From Macrostomum hystrix (lineage: Eukaryota > Animalia > Platyhelminthes), in assembly GCA_950097015.1 (NCBI GenBank), contig CATNEN010000002.1, positions 1,054,001 through 1,118,000 on the forward strand: a DNA stretch of 64,000 nt, in the 5' to 3' direction. Shown piece after piece: positions 1 through 12,000 of the stretch. The first letter of the stretch is position 1; each line of letters begins with the position of its first letter. The position numbers and the translations under genes were made by a program. The notes under the pieces were generated by a model that was not told where the DNA came from, ran no database searches, and saw only the letters and a program-made list of their open reading frames with translations.

Positions 1-3000
1 CTGCTGTGCCGAGCGTGACTGAGCCGTCGCGTACAACGGCAAGACGACTGGCGCCAGAGGCTGCGCCAGTTCGGCCGAGAGTTGACGAACCCGTGACTGT
101 CATTATGTTTGTGAAGCCGCCAGATGTTGACAATGAATAGCCGTGATGCCCGGAGCCGCCTGAACTGGAGGCGGCGGCTGCCGCGGCTGCAGCCGACAGT
201 CGCTCGTCAAATCTGTGCACCGTGGCGGTGGCGTCGAACCGACTGGAGGCGGCCCGACTGGAGGTGCCGATGCCGACAGCGCTGCCGCCGGAGCTGCTGA
301 TGGGGCCGCCGCCGACGCCCTGGCTGACACCGCCGCCGCTGGCATGCAGCGTCAGGGCGGTCATCGCCTGGCTCTCCAGGCCGCCCTCGAGCGATTTCTT
401 CTCGACCTGCAGGCCGAATTTGAGAATGATTTTGAGCAATGGAAACATGAATAAACTGGCAATGGACAAATCATAAGTTGCTCATTATTGGTCTTTCTAC
501 TGTTAACGGCAATGCTAAGACAACTAAAATGAGCAATCTACGAGTAGATTAGACAATGACTCAGGCGCACTACTCAGCTCACCAGCATATTTTCGAAGAA
601 GTCAATCAGGGCCAGCACATCATTGCGCAACTGCCAGCCGTACTGAGCTGGGAAGCTCGGCCGCCTAGTGAAATGCTTCAAAGCGCAGGCGTAGACTTTG
701 TCGCGCAGGACGGCCTTAGCAACTGGTTGGAGACGGCCGCTAGCCTGGATCACCACCAGGCCCATCCACAGTAGGCGAAACAGTACTCCAGTGGCGGCTA
801 TGTGCTTTGATACGAATGGCAACGAGCGGGTCAGCATGTTGGCCACTAGGGACACTCGCTCAGTGCTAATGTATTTGAAAGCGGTCAGCTGTTCGCTGAG
901 GAAGCCGACCCAGATCCGATGCGGCTCCACGTCTGGCACAGTCTGGCTGAGCCGATAATCTTCGCAGAACACTAGCGGCGTGGGATCCGGCTTGGTCTTG
1001 GTGAACAGGCCGATGCGGCGTTCGGCGCTCACCTGTCAATTTTTCGGCAACTAAACTTTTGAACTTACTTTGTTCGATAAGACCAGATGGGCAAGATGAC
1101 AGAGTTCATTGTCAACCTATGTACACTCGCTAGCCAGATCCACCCCTCCGCCTCTCTTACCCCTGTGTACACTCGCTAGCCAGATCCACCCCTCCGCCTC
1201 TCTTACCCCTGTGTACACTCGCTAGCCAGATCCACCCCTCCGCCTCTCTTACCCCAGTGTACACTCGCTAGCCAGATCCACCCCTCCGCCTCTCTTACCC
1301 CAGTGTACACTCGCTAGCCAGATCCACCCCTCCGCCTCTCTTACCCCTGTGTACACTCGCTAGCCAGATCCACCCCTCCGCCTCTCTTACCCCTGTGTAC
1401 ACTCGCTAGCCAGATCCACCCCTCCGCCTCTCTTACCCCTGTGTACACTCGCTAGCCAGATCCACCCCTCCGCCTCTCTTACCCCTGTGTACACTCGCTA
1501 GCCAGATCCACCCCTCCGCCTCTCTTACCCCTGTGTACACTCGCTAGCCAGATCCACCCCTCCGCCTCTCTTACCCCTGTGTACACTCGCTAGCCAGATC
1601 CACCCCTCCGCCTCTCTTACCCCCGTGTACACTCGCTAGCCAGATCCACCCCTCCGCCTCTCTTACCCCTGTGTACACTCGCTAGCCAGATCCACCCCTC
1701 CGCCTCTCTTACCCCTGTGTACACTCGCTAGCCAGATCCACCCCTCCGCCTCTCTTACCCCTGTGTACACTCGCTAGCCAGATCCACCCCTCCGCCTCTC
1801 TTACCCCTGTGTACGTGTATAACCGCTAGCAAGATAAACCCTTTCGCCTCACTTACCCCTGTGTACATCCGCTAGCCAAATATATCCTTTCGCCTCCTTA
1901 CCTCTATGTACACCCGCCAGCCAGATATACCCTTTCGATTCTCTTATCCCTACGTACACCTGCTAGCCAGATCCACCCCTCCGCCTCTCTTACCCCTATG
2001 TACACCTGCTAGCCAGATGCACCCCTCCGCCTCTCTTACCCCTATGTACACCTGCTAGCCATATTAACTCTAAATAACCCTTAATAACACCAGCTAATGC
2101 TAGTACACATTTAACAGCTGAGTGAACTGAAGAAGTGGAGTCGGGAATCTAACCCCTCGATCATTAAATCGTGAGTTCGGCTTCTAATCACTAGACTAAA
2201 AAACCTCCTAGCTTTGAATCAATATAGAATTATAAATCTATGGATTACTGACGAACTCATCTGGGAAGCTTATGAACTCACCTGGAAGGCTGAGCAGCAC
2301 TCAGTAAACAGCATTGAGCTGAGCTGCGGTTTAGCAGTAATGACCCACAGCCAGCATGAAACAGCAGCATCCATCACATCTGAGTTGAACTGCCTGAGAC
2401 CCGCCCAGCACAGGTCATGCAGCAGAGGTCGCACGCATTTGTCCGGTGTCTCCGGGTGGACAATCAGGGCGCAAAGGCGGAACAAAGAGCTAGCGTGGTC
2501 CGGACTGCTGTGCAGCTGTTCAGTGAGCAAGCTCTGCAGTTTGGGCAGACCGGCTAGCGAGCGCATGCCGTCAACCGCGCCCAGACATCTGAAAGTAGTT
2601 GAGTTGGGTCTATAGAGTAATCCAAGAACTGATGCTGACGCTTAAGAAATACCGCAATTTCGATATTCTAAAAGTCGTTCTAAAATATTTTAAAAATCGT
2701 TAAAATTTGACATTCTAAGATGATTTCTACATTCTAAATTACGATTCCTACATTCCAGAAGACGATTCCGACATTCTAAAACACGAGTCCGACTTTCTAA
2801 AACACGAATCCTACATTCTAAAACACGATTCCGACATTCTAAAACACGATTCCGACATTCTAAAACACGATTTCGACTTTCTAAATCACGATTCCGACAT
2901 TCTAAAACACGAGTCCGACATTCTAAAACACGAATCCTACATTCTAAAACATGAGTCCGACATTCTAAATTACGATTCCTACATTCTAAAACACGAATCC

Positions 3001-6000
3001 TACATTCTAAAACATGAGTCCGACATTCTAAATTACGATTCCTACATTCCAGAAGACGATTCCGACCGTCTAGAAGACGATTCCGACATTCTAAAACACG
3101 ATTCCGACATTCTAAAACACGATTCCGACGTTCTAAAACACGATTCCGACATTCTAAAACACGATTCTGACTTTATAAAACACGATTCCGACATTCTAAA
3201 ACACGAGTCCGACATTCTAAAACACGAGTCCGACATTCTAAAACACGATTCTGACATTCTAAAACACGATTCCGACTTTCTAAAACACGATTCCGACTTT
3301 CTAAAACACGATTCCGACTTTCTAAAACACGATTCCGACATTCTAAAACACGATTCCGACATTCTAAAACACGATTTCGACTTTCTAAAACACGATTCCG
3401 ACTTTCTAAAACACGATTCCGACTTTCTAAAACACGATTCCGACTTTCTAAAACACGATTCCGACATTCTAAAACACGATTCCGACATTCTAAAACACGA
3501 ATCCTACATTCTAAAACATGAGTCCGACATTCTAAATTACGATTCCTACATTCTAAAACACGAATCCTACATTCTAAAACATGAGTCCGACATTCTAAAT
3601 TACGATTCCTACATTCCAGAAGACGATTCCGACCGTCTAGAAGACGATTCCGACATTCTAAAACACGATTCCAACTTTCTAAAACACGATTCCGACATTC
3701 TAAAACACGATTCCGACATTCTAAAACACGATTCCGACATTCTAAAACACGATTCCGACATTCTAAAACACGATTCTGACTTTATAAAACACGATTCCGA
3801 CATTCTAAAACACGAGTCCGACTTTCTAAAACACGATTCCGACATTCTAAAACACGAATCCTACATTCTAAAACACGATTCCGACATTCTAAAACACGAT
3901 TCCGACTTTCTAAAACACGATTCCGACATTCTAAAATACGATTTCTATATTCTTTAATACAATTTTTATACTTTTAAAATGCTATATAATTCTGAATGTA
4001 AAAGACGATTTTGACATTTCATAAAAATGCTTAAATTTATTTCTAACTAAAGCACGACTACCAAGAAAGTTTAAACTTTTCCCAGCCTTACCTGGCTCTC
4101 AGTTGCAGCACAGCCACGCAGTTACTCATATCACGGCTAATACACCTGGGCAGTTCGGATGTCTCCTGATTTGGTTTAGATTTGGAATATCTGTGATAGC
4201 CAGCTAGAGCAAGGATCTGCTCGGCCGCATAGGACAGGCCACAGTGCTGGCCCCTGATCGCATCGGACACATTCTGATTGTCCAACAGGTACTGAACCAG
4301 GTGCGAGCGAACCAAATCGGGACACCAGGTGGTGGCCTCGCGCATTATATTGCTGCAGTGGCCAACAAAATGCGTCACTCGAGTCTTCCTCTCGCTAAGG
4401 CGGTCGGCAATCACCAAGGTGAATGGAGTGTTGGGCACTGTGTACACCGGAGCAGCTTCGTTAGGATCAACTTCCAAAGACTGGCTGAGCAGTTGGCAGA
4501 TGTCCAGAATGGCCGTGAGCACTTTGCCGCTCCACATAACGTGTGGAAAGTTTTTAATCAGCATGGTCAACTGTTCATCGGCCTGATTGCGAACTTTCTG
4601 CTTGACATGATTGAACATCACTAGCAGGAATTGTGCGTGCGACTCGACTAGGTTGGAAACTGCCACGTGATCCGAGTGACGCTTCAGGTGTTGCAGATAT
4701 TTCAGCCAAATTCGGCGACTCATTGCGGCCAGGCAGTTCCACATGGAGTCTGGGTGATCGGGCAGTTTAATGATGGCTTGTTGCTAAATAATTACAAAAA
4801 GTGCTAATCGCACATCATTTAGTGACACTAGACCCGCAGCCAGCGAGGAGGCAATTCTGCCCATTTCGCTGACTCCTGAGCACACAGGCACACAGATACT
4901 GTACGCAGGCACTCGCTCACACAGGTGTGTATATCTGGCCTGACTTTCTCATCGTCAGGCAGTGTACAATCTCACTGTGCCTTGGAGGTTGGCCCTCAAG
5001 GGCGTAAATCGCACGACAAGCCCCCAAGCCTTCTCTGAATGTGGCCTCGCCGCAGAATCGAGCTCAGGGGCTTTCACACAAGAGGCAAACGCATTAGACC
5101 CGCTCTAAAACTTGACAATTTTCCCATGGGAAATTTAAAATTGAAAGCAATTAGTTGGGAATCCAAGACTAATTAGTTACTTCACCTTGAAAAATTCTAG
5201 ATTTGAAGCTTTTAACTAAGCTCACAGTGACATGAGTGAGGTCGCTAGTTCGAAATTCGAATCCGACATCAAGGAAAACTTTGAATAACTTAGCGAATCG
5301 CTAAATACCCGATTTCAACCGTTTCCAATCGGGCCAGATGTGCAGCCGACAGCACAGCCGCAGCGATGGCGCGCCGCATCTGAAGGCTGCGTACTACGGC
5401 TGTTCAGTCCATGGACTGGGGGACACCACACACACACACCCTTAATTACCTCAATATTTAGGTCACAATATGTTCTAGTGGAGTTAGAAATCGAACCTAA
5501 GACCTCCCGTGAGTCCGTGAGTCCAAAGCTCTAACCGCTAGGCTGAAATGGGCTAACACTTTCTGTTTTAATTGCGAATATGTGCACCATTTCAATTTTA
5601 TTGCTCAACCATGACAAAGAATAACAAACAAGCCCCCAGAAACTCACTGTTCTTCTCTTTGAGAAAGATTTCATCTTCCAGGTAGCGAAACAGGCGCCCG
5701 GGTGCGCCTTCGTGACTGGAGTTTAGAATGCTGCAAACAAAATGCAACGAAAGATTATTAAATACGTACGTAGAGATGTACTTCTATACGCTATTAATGC
5801 CTGTTATAAAAGGGCAATTACTAACCAGAGCAGCTCGAGATTGTAAACAGCTAACAGGTAGGCAACCTGCGGCGGTGTCAAAGGTCTGATGTCGTACTCT
5901 AGCGAGGTCTTACTAGAGTCCAGCAGTAGGATGACCCGCAGACGCTGCTTCAGTTCTTGATCTTCAGTCTGGATTGAGGAATCGAAAGTTAAAATAATAT

Positions 6001-9000
6001 ATTTATTTTTTATGGTCTCTCGTGTGCTGCTTCACAAGAAGTGGACTAGTGTGACGAATATATATAAGACTTTCAGGGATACATACAAAATTCCAAGGAA
6101 ATTAACACAAATGTCATTGATAAAAAAATGGCATTGATAAATATAGAAATGACATTGATTAATATAAAAATGGCATTGATAAATATAAAAATGACATTGA
6201 TAAATAAAAAATGACATTGATAAATATAGAAATGACATTGATAAATATAAAAATGACATTGATAAATATAAAAATGATATTGATAAATAAAAAATGACAT
6301 TGATAAATATAAAAATGACTTTGATAAATATAAAAATGACATTGATAAATATAAAAAGGCCATTGGTAAAAAATGACATTGATAAATATCGAAAATAGGC
6401 ATTGAAAAAATGTTTTAAAAAACGGCATTAAAAAGGGCAATCACACTGAAAAAATGACAAACATATTGCCTGGGCATTAAAGTGCCGATTTAGGACACCA
6501 TTGAGTGAACTACATAAGAATTACAAAACAGATCATGTCACAATAAGCTAAGCAATAGGAGCATACCACATTTGATGGCAGAGGCAAAGCTGTGGGCACA
6601 CGCTCGGAGTTCTGCTTCTCGGCACCGCTGAGCAGCAGGGGACTTTTGACGGCGATCTCCCGGATGCCGCGAAGCCACTCCTTGGACCACTCTGGGTGGG
6701 ATTGAAAGTAAATAAAACGAGGGAAACATTGATAAGGGGAAGTATTAGTCGAATAAAAATATTAAAATATATTCGCCGCGGGATTTTAAAAGCAAAATCT
6801 ACTTACAAAGAACGACACGAACAATTCAGAAACCAATTAAAAAGTGCGCACAGAAACTCACTATCAACAACGGCATTCTCGTGAACAAAATCCAGCAGTA
6901 CACAGTAGAGCCAGAAATCTTTGAACAGCTTTCCCAATCGCATCTTTGGCTCGACCGTTGTGGGCAGTCGGCTGACCAGCTGTAAATTAAGATTACAGAC
7001 GTTTACCTAATGATAGAACTGTCACGCTTTCATATTTTGCTGCTAATTGTTAAAAAAATTGTTGTATTGTGGCTGCTAGTCACTAAACTACATTTGCTGT
7101 TTACTCACTAAATTACACTACCCGTATAAAACGAAATGGTCACAAAAAAGGGCTGTGACCGTTCCACTTGTGACCGTGGTCCGTAACGCTGGTGACCGTT
7201 TAATGTGACCGTTCATGTTCATGAAGATAGGGTCACCAAGTTACCGTTCACTGTGACCATACTTTGTGACCGATTGCAGGGTCACCATGTGACCGTTCAC
7301 TGTGACCATATTTTGTGACCGTTATGTTCAGGGTCACCATGTGACCGTTCACTGTGACCATATTTTGTGACCGTCATGTTCAGGGTCACCATGTGACCGT
7401 TCACTGTGACCATATTTTGTGTGACCATTCTGTGTGTCCGTTGTGTGACTGGCAGTAGCACCAGAAAATAGTAACAAGAAAAAAATCTATACATCTGAAT
7501 ATACTTAATATTTATTATGAATTATATCAAATGTAAAATGCCATGACTTTCTTTATATTGATAAAAAGGCAGTAGTGGCAGTAACAAAAATAGCCAGTAA
7601 AATATAGCTAGTAAAAATTCGCTGTATTTGTATCGGCAAACTGCCCGAGCATCAAATGCCATAACTTTTTATATGTAAATATTGGTATCGATGGTTATAA
7701 GCAATTTTAGGAAACGTATAAAGGTACAAGGTGTAATTAGTTACTGGCACTACCTGCTTTCCAGCCAGCTTTCACTGGACACTTTGCATCACTTGTCTTG
7801 CTATGTTCAGCAACTATTGTTGGCCGTGTCATGCTTCATCATTTTCTGCACACCAAAGCCAGTCCAAGGAAGGCCATAGCCAGTAACTATTAAGAAAAAA
7901 CATAATATTGTCATTAAAACATAATATAATTTGGCATTGTACAATTGTAGTGCATTTCGCACTTAGTTTAGCGATCCGTCACAAAAAAACTGAAAAATAA
8001 TAATGTTCAAATGGCTTAATTTCAGGCTCTACTTCGCCTCCGCTGATGGGTTGCCGGAAGAGTCTTCTTCTTCTTCTTCTTCCACCATTTTATCGCCATC
8101 TGGCGTAGGTGGCACCCTGGGTCTCGGACGTAGGCTCTTCTCCTAATGCTCGCCGCATCCTCGTTCGTGCCGTGCCATGTTTGTTGCTGACAGCCATTTC
8201 TTGCAGTATCGGCATTCCGCTCTCTTCCTCTTATGAATTCTCGCCACCGTTCTTGTCACCTCGTCTACCGTCCTCGGGCTTTTGATTGCCGGCGGGTCCT
8301 CTACGCATTGCCTTCTATGTCTTGCATAATTCGTCTTACTGATCCATCTCTTGCAGTTGTTGCACTCTCTTTTTGTTCCTTCCGTTCTGCCTCCTGAGCA
8401 CCATTGCTCGTGATTTTTCCTTGTTGCTTCCGTTCTGAACTCGTCGTTACACCTTCCGCATTTCATTCTTATTCCCGTGTCGGTTTTGTGCATTCTCTTC
8501 CGGTGGATGGCCAGCCCACCTCTCGATCTACATATCTTTCCGCAGTTTACTTCCCAGCATCTGAAGCCTGTTAGTTCGCTTTCTTCCGTTTGGGGGCTGC
8601 TGGCCTGGTTCCTTTCTTCCAGTTCTATGGTTTCGTTTCCTTCTCTACCTTTGCATCTTAGCCGTTCGATCTTCTCCCATTCGGCGTCTCTCTTTCTGAT
8701 GGTCTCTTTCCACTTGGTTCTGTCGTTCGCGTATTGTCCGACCTTCAATGGGTCGAGTTTGGCTTTCCGAACCAGTTTTCTCCAATACGTAATTATAGTT
8801 GTTCTCCTCTTCTTCGGTCTTTTCGCCTTTTCTAACCTTTTATTCCATCCCATTACGCAGATCTTTGTGAGGCTGGTGTTCGGTAGTCTAAGAACGTGTC
8901 CCATTCGTCTCCAGTGCGCGATCTCGATTTTTCTCTGGATACATTTGACTCCCATTGATCTTCTTACGTCCCACATGTTCATTTGTTTCTCTTCCATTTC

Positions 9001-12000
9001 TCGTAGTGGTTCTTTCGTTTTGCTGCTCCATATATAGCGGTAGAATTTGTCCATTGTTCTTTGCAGTTGGTCAATTTCCCCTTTCTTGAACGGTCTTGCT
9101 CCTGCATTAAACGTCATCGTACTTTCTACGCATGCTTCGACTACTCTCGCCTGGGTTCTTTTGGTCAGTCTCGTTCTCCTGAGTCTTTTCTTGACTTTAG
9201 TCCACGCGCTTGTTGCTCTCTGCAGTCTTTGGTGGGTGTCTTCTTTCTTACCTAGCCACGTTCCTAGCATTCGGATCTTATTGCTTTCTTCTGTTCCTAA
9301 CGTTGCTGTTTCTTCCTTCGCATCATTTGTTCTTTCCTCTAGCCATCCCATGACCTTCTTTACCGTCGCTGTTCCTTCCTTGATCTCTTTTTTCTCGCCT
9401 ATCACCGTGGTGTCGTCCGCGAACAGTGAGCAAGTGATCCGTGTTGTGACTGTTTCCTCCGTGAATTTGTAGTTCCTCTGTGGGGGCAGGTCATTGCCTG
9501 GTAGGTACGCCCATTCAATACCTACTTCTAAGCCCTTGTTTGTCGCTGCCGCTTTCCTTTCTATCTCAGCTTCTCGCATGACCGCCTGGTGGTAGATATT
9601 AAAGAGCACCGGTGAGGTCGCGCATCCTTCGCGTAGTCCTCTCTGGGGGAAGAATGTCTGGCTGTCCTCATCCTCTGTGTGCACCTTATAGGCGGTGTAC
9701 TCGTGCAGGTCTCTGAGTTTATCAATCATCTTCTTTGGCATCTCGTAGTGCGCTAACAGCTTCCACAGTGCGGGTTTATTCACTCGTGGGTAGGCTTTTT
9801 TTAGGTCTAGTAGCTTTATCGTGGTTTCGTCGTTGTCTTCGTCGCTCTCGTTGTTCTCATTGTTGTTCGCGTTTTCTTCCCTGTCTGCACGTATTTCCTT
9901 CATCAGTGTCGCGTCTTCTTGTAATCTCAGGATGATCTGGGTGGCGTCCATTGTCGATCTGTTGCGTCTGAAACCGGCTTGGTTATCATCTAGGCATTCG
10001 GTTTCTTCTGCCCATTTGTTTATGCGAGTCGCGATGATTCTCGCCAGTATCCTGCTTGTCATTGGTAGTAGACATACTCCTCGGTAATTGTTCAGGTCTT
10101 TTTTGTCGCCTTTCTTATGTAAGGGGATGATCAGTCCTAGTTTCTGACTTTCCTTCCACTCCTTGGCTGGTTCTTCCCAGAGTCTCGTAATCTCGGTGAA
10201 ACATTTCTCCCTTACGGTTGTGTTCGCAGTCTTGATGTAAATCAGTCTGACGTCGTCTTCTCCCGGTGCACCGTTCTTCATCTTGTTTATCTCTCTCTCG
10301 AATTCAGTTCTAGTGATGGGTTCGACCAGGGATTCGTTTGCCGTTCTTTGGACTTTTTTGGGTACTTGAAGCTTAGCGAACGTGTCAATCCTGGCCAACA
10401 TAGTTGTTGGGTCATTCTCGAAACGGTCTTTCTGCACTTGTTCGAGATGTTCTTTGAAATCGTTTGCGCTGAACAGGTTCTTTCCTCTGCTCTGGTTCCT
10501 GTTACCCATCTCCGCTGCACCCATCTCTCTTAGGTTTTCATACATCCCTGCAACGTTTCCTTTCTCACAGTTCTCTTTACACTTTTCGGCTAGTGTGTTA
10601 CACCAGACCTCTTCCCATTGCGTGAGCCATTCGTTTTTCTTTTTCCTCGTCTCTCGGAGTACTTGCTTTTTTGTTTCTAGTTTCACTCTGTCTTCTTCGT
10701 TCTGCGTTTCCTGCCACTCACGATTTGCTTCGTTCCTTTCTCTTAGGGCGTTTTTGATACCGATATTAAGTTCCTTCAGTGCTTCTTCCTTCCCGGCCAT
10801 CCAAGGGTTAGTCTGTCTTTTCTTGATGCCGCATACTGCTTCCGCCTTCTTCACCAGGTTTCTTTCCACTTCTTCCCATTGGTTATTTCCTGTTTCCTGG
10901 GACGTTTCTTTTGCGAATTTTTCTCGAACTTCCTCTTCTCTGAGTTTTTCCCACTCGATCCTCTTTCTCTTCTGTTTCTTGATCGCTGTTATTTTGTTCT
11001 TCTTTGCGATCTTCCTGATTTGTTTTGCCAGGTTCGGGTGTGCCCACAAGACCTTCGGTAAGTGATCCGACAGCCTCGGGCTGTGGTCCGTGTACACTTT
11101 TCTTACGGTCTTGTGCCGTTGGTCTTTCCTTACAATGAAACCGTCTAGCTCGTACCATCTCTTCGTTCTCGGGTTCTTCCAGGTGCCTCCTTTCTTTTGT
11201 TTGAAAAAAGAACTTGTCCACACCAAGTTCCATTCTTCCATCCATAGCATTAGTTCCAAGCCTTGGTCGTTCGCTGTTCGTGTGCTACATTTTCCGATGC
11301 AGGTGAACGGGGTTCCAGACCTCGGGTTCATTCCTGTGTTGTTACTTCCAACTGATGCGTTAAAGTCACCTCCGATGAAAATGGCTTTCTTCTGTCCCGC
11401 CGTGGTCAAGATTCTTTCGAGTTCGCTTCTTACCTCTATGATTGTGCTGTCGTATCCTTCGACACCTTTGACTGGTTGGTAAACCGACACCAGGATGCAG
11501 TCGCCTAGTTCTATTGCTAGGCTTCTTTCTTGTGGTTGCATCTTTCTCCCTTCTTTCAGCCACAGTAGCCATGCCGGTTCAGAGAGTAGGATGCCTACCC
11601 TTCCGGAATGGATTAGGTGGCTTGTCCCTTCAACTGTTTTGTATTCCCGGATTCCTGTTTGTGTCACTTGGGTTTCCGTGATTAAGGTGATTTGCCATTT
11701 GCTGGCTGCCTTCACGATCTCGCCAAACCTTGCCGAACCGATGTTGGCCCGCTGTACGTTCCAGGTTGCTATCTTTATTCTTAATTCTTTCCAGTCCGAT
11801 TCTGCCTCTTCCGTCTTCTGCTTTATTCGTTTCTCTTTTCTTTTCCTTCTTCTTAGCGTTCTTCTCCTGTTTCTTGTTTTCCTCTGGTCCGCGTTCCTGG
11901 GTCCTGGGTTTTTCTCAATGGTGCTCAGGTGCAACTTAATTCCTGCTTCAATCGATCTCTGCGAGTCCCCTTCTTGTTTCATATTCTTGTTATTTTCTCT

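Noticed and set aside
103-476. Three short ORFs at the left edge
   Set aside because: Off-frame or antisense; the real frame is PI4KA exon 18 (VEKKSLEGG...), which runs off the window
3042-3845. ORFs made of MSESCFR repeats
   Set aside because: Translation of a 21-bp intronic minisatellite; there is no non-repeat coding context
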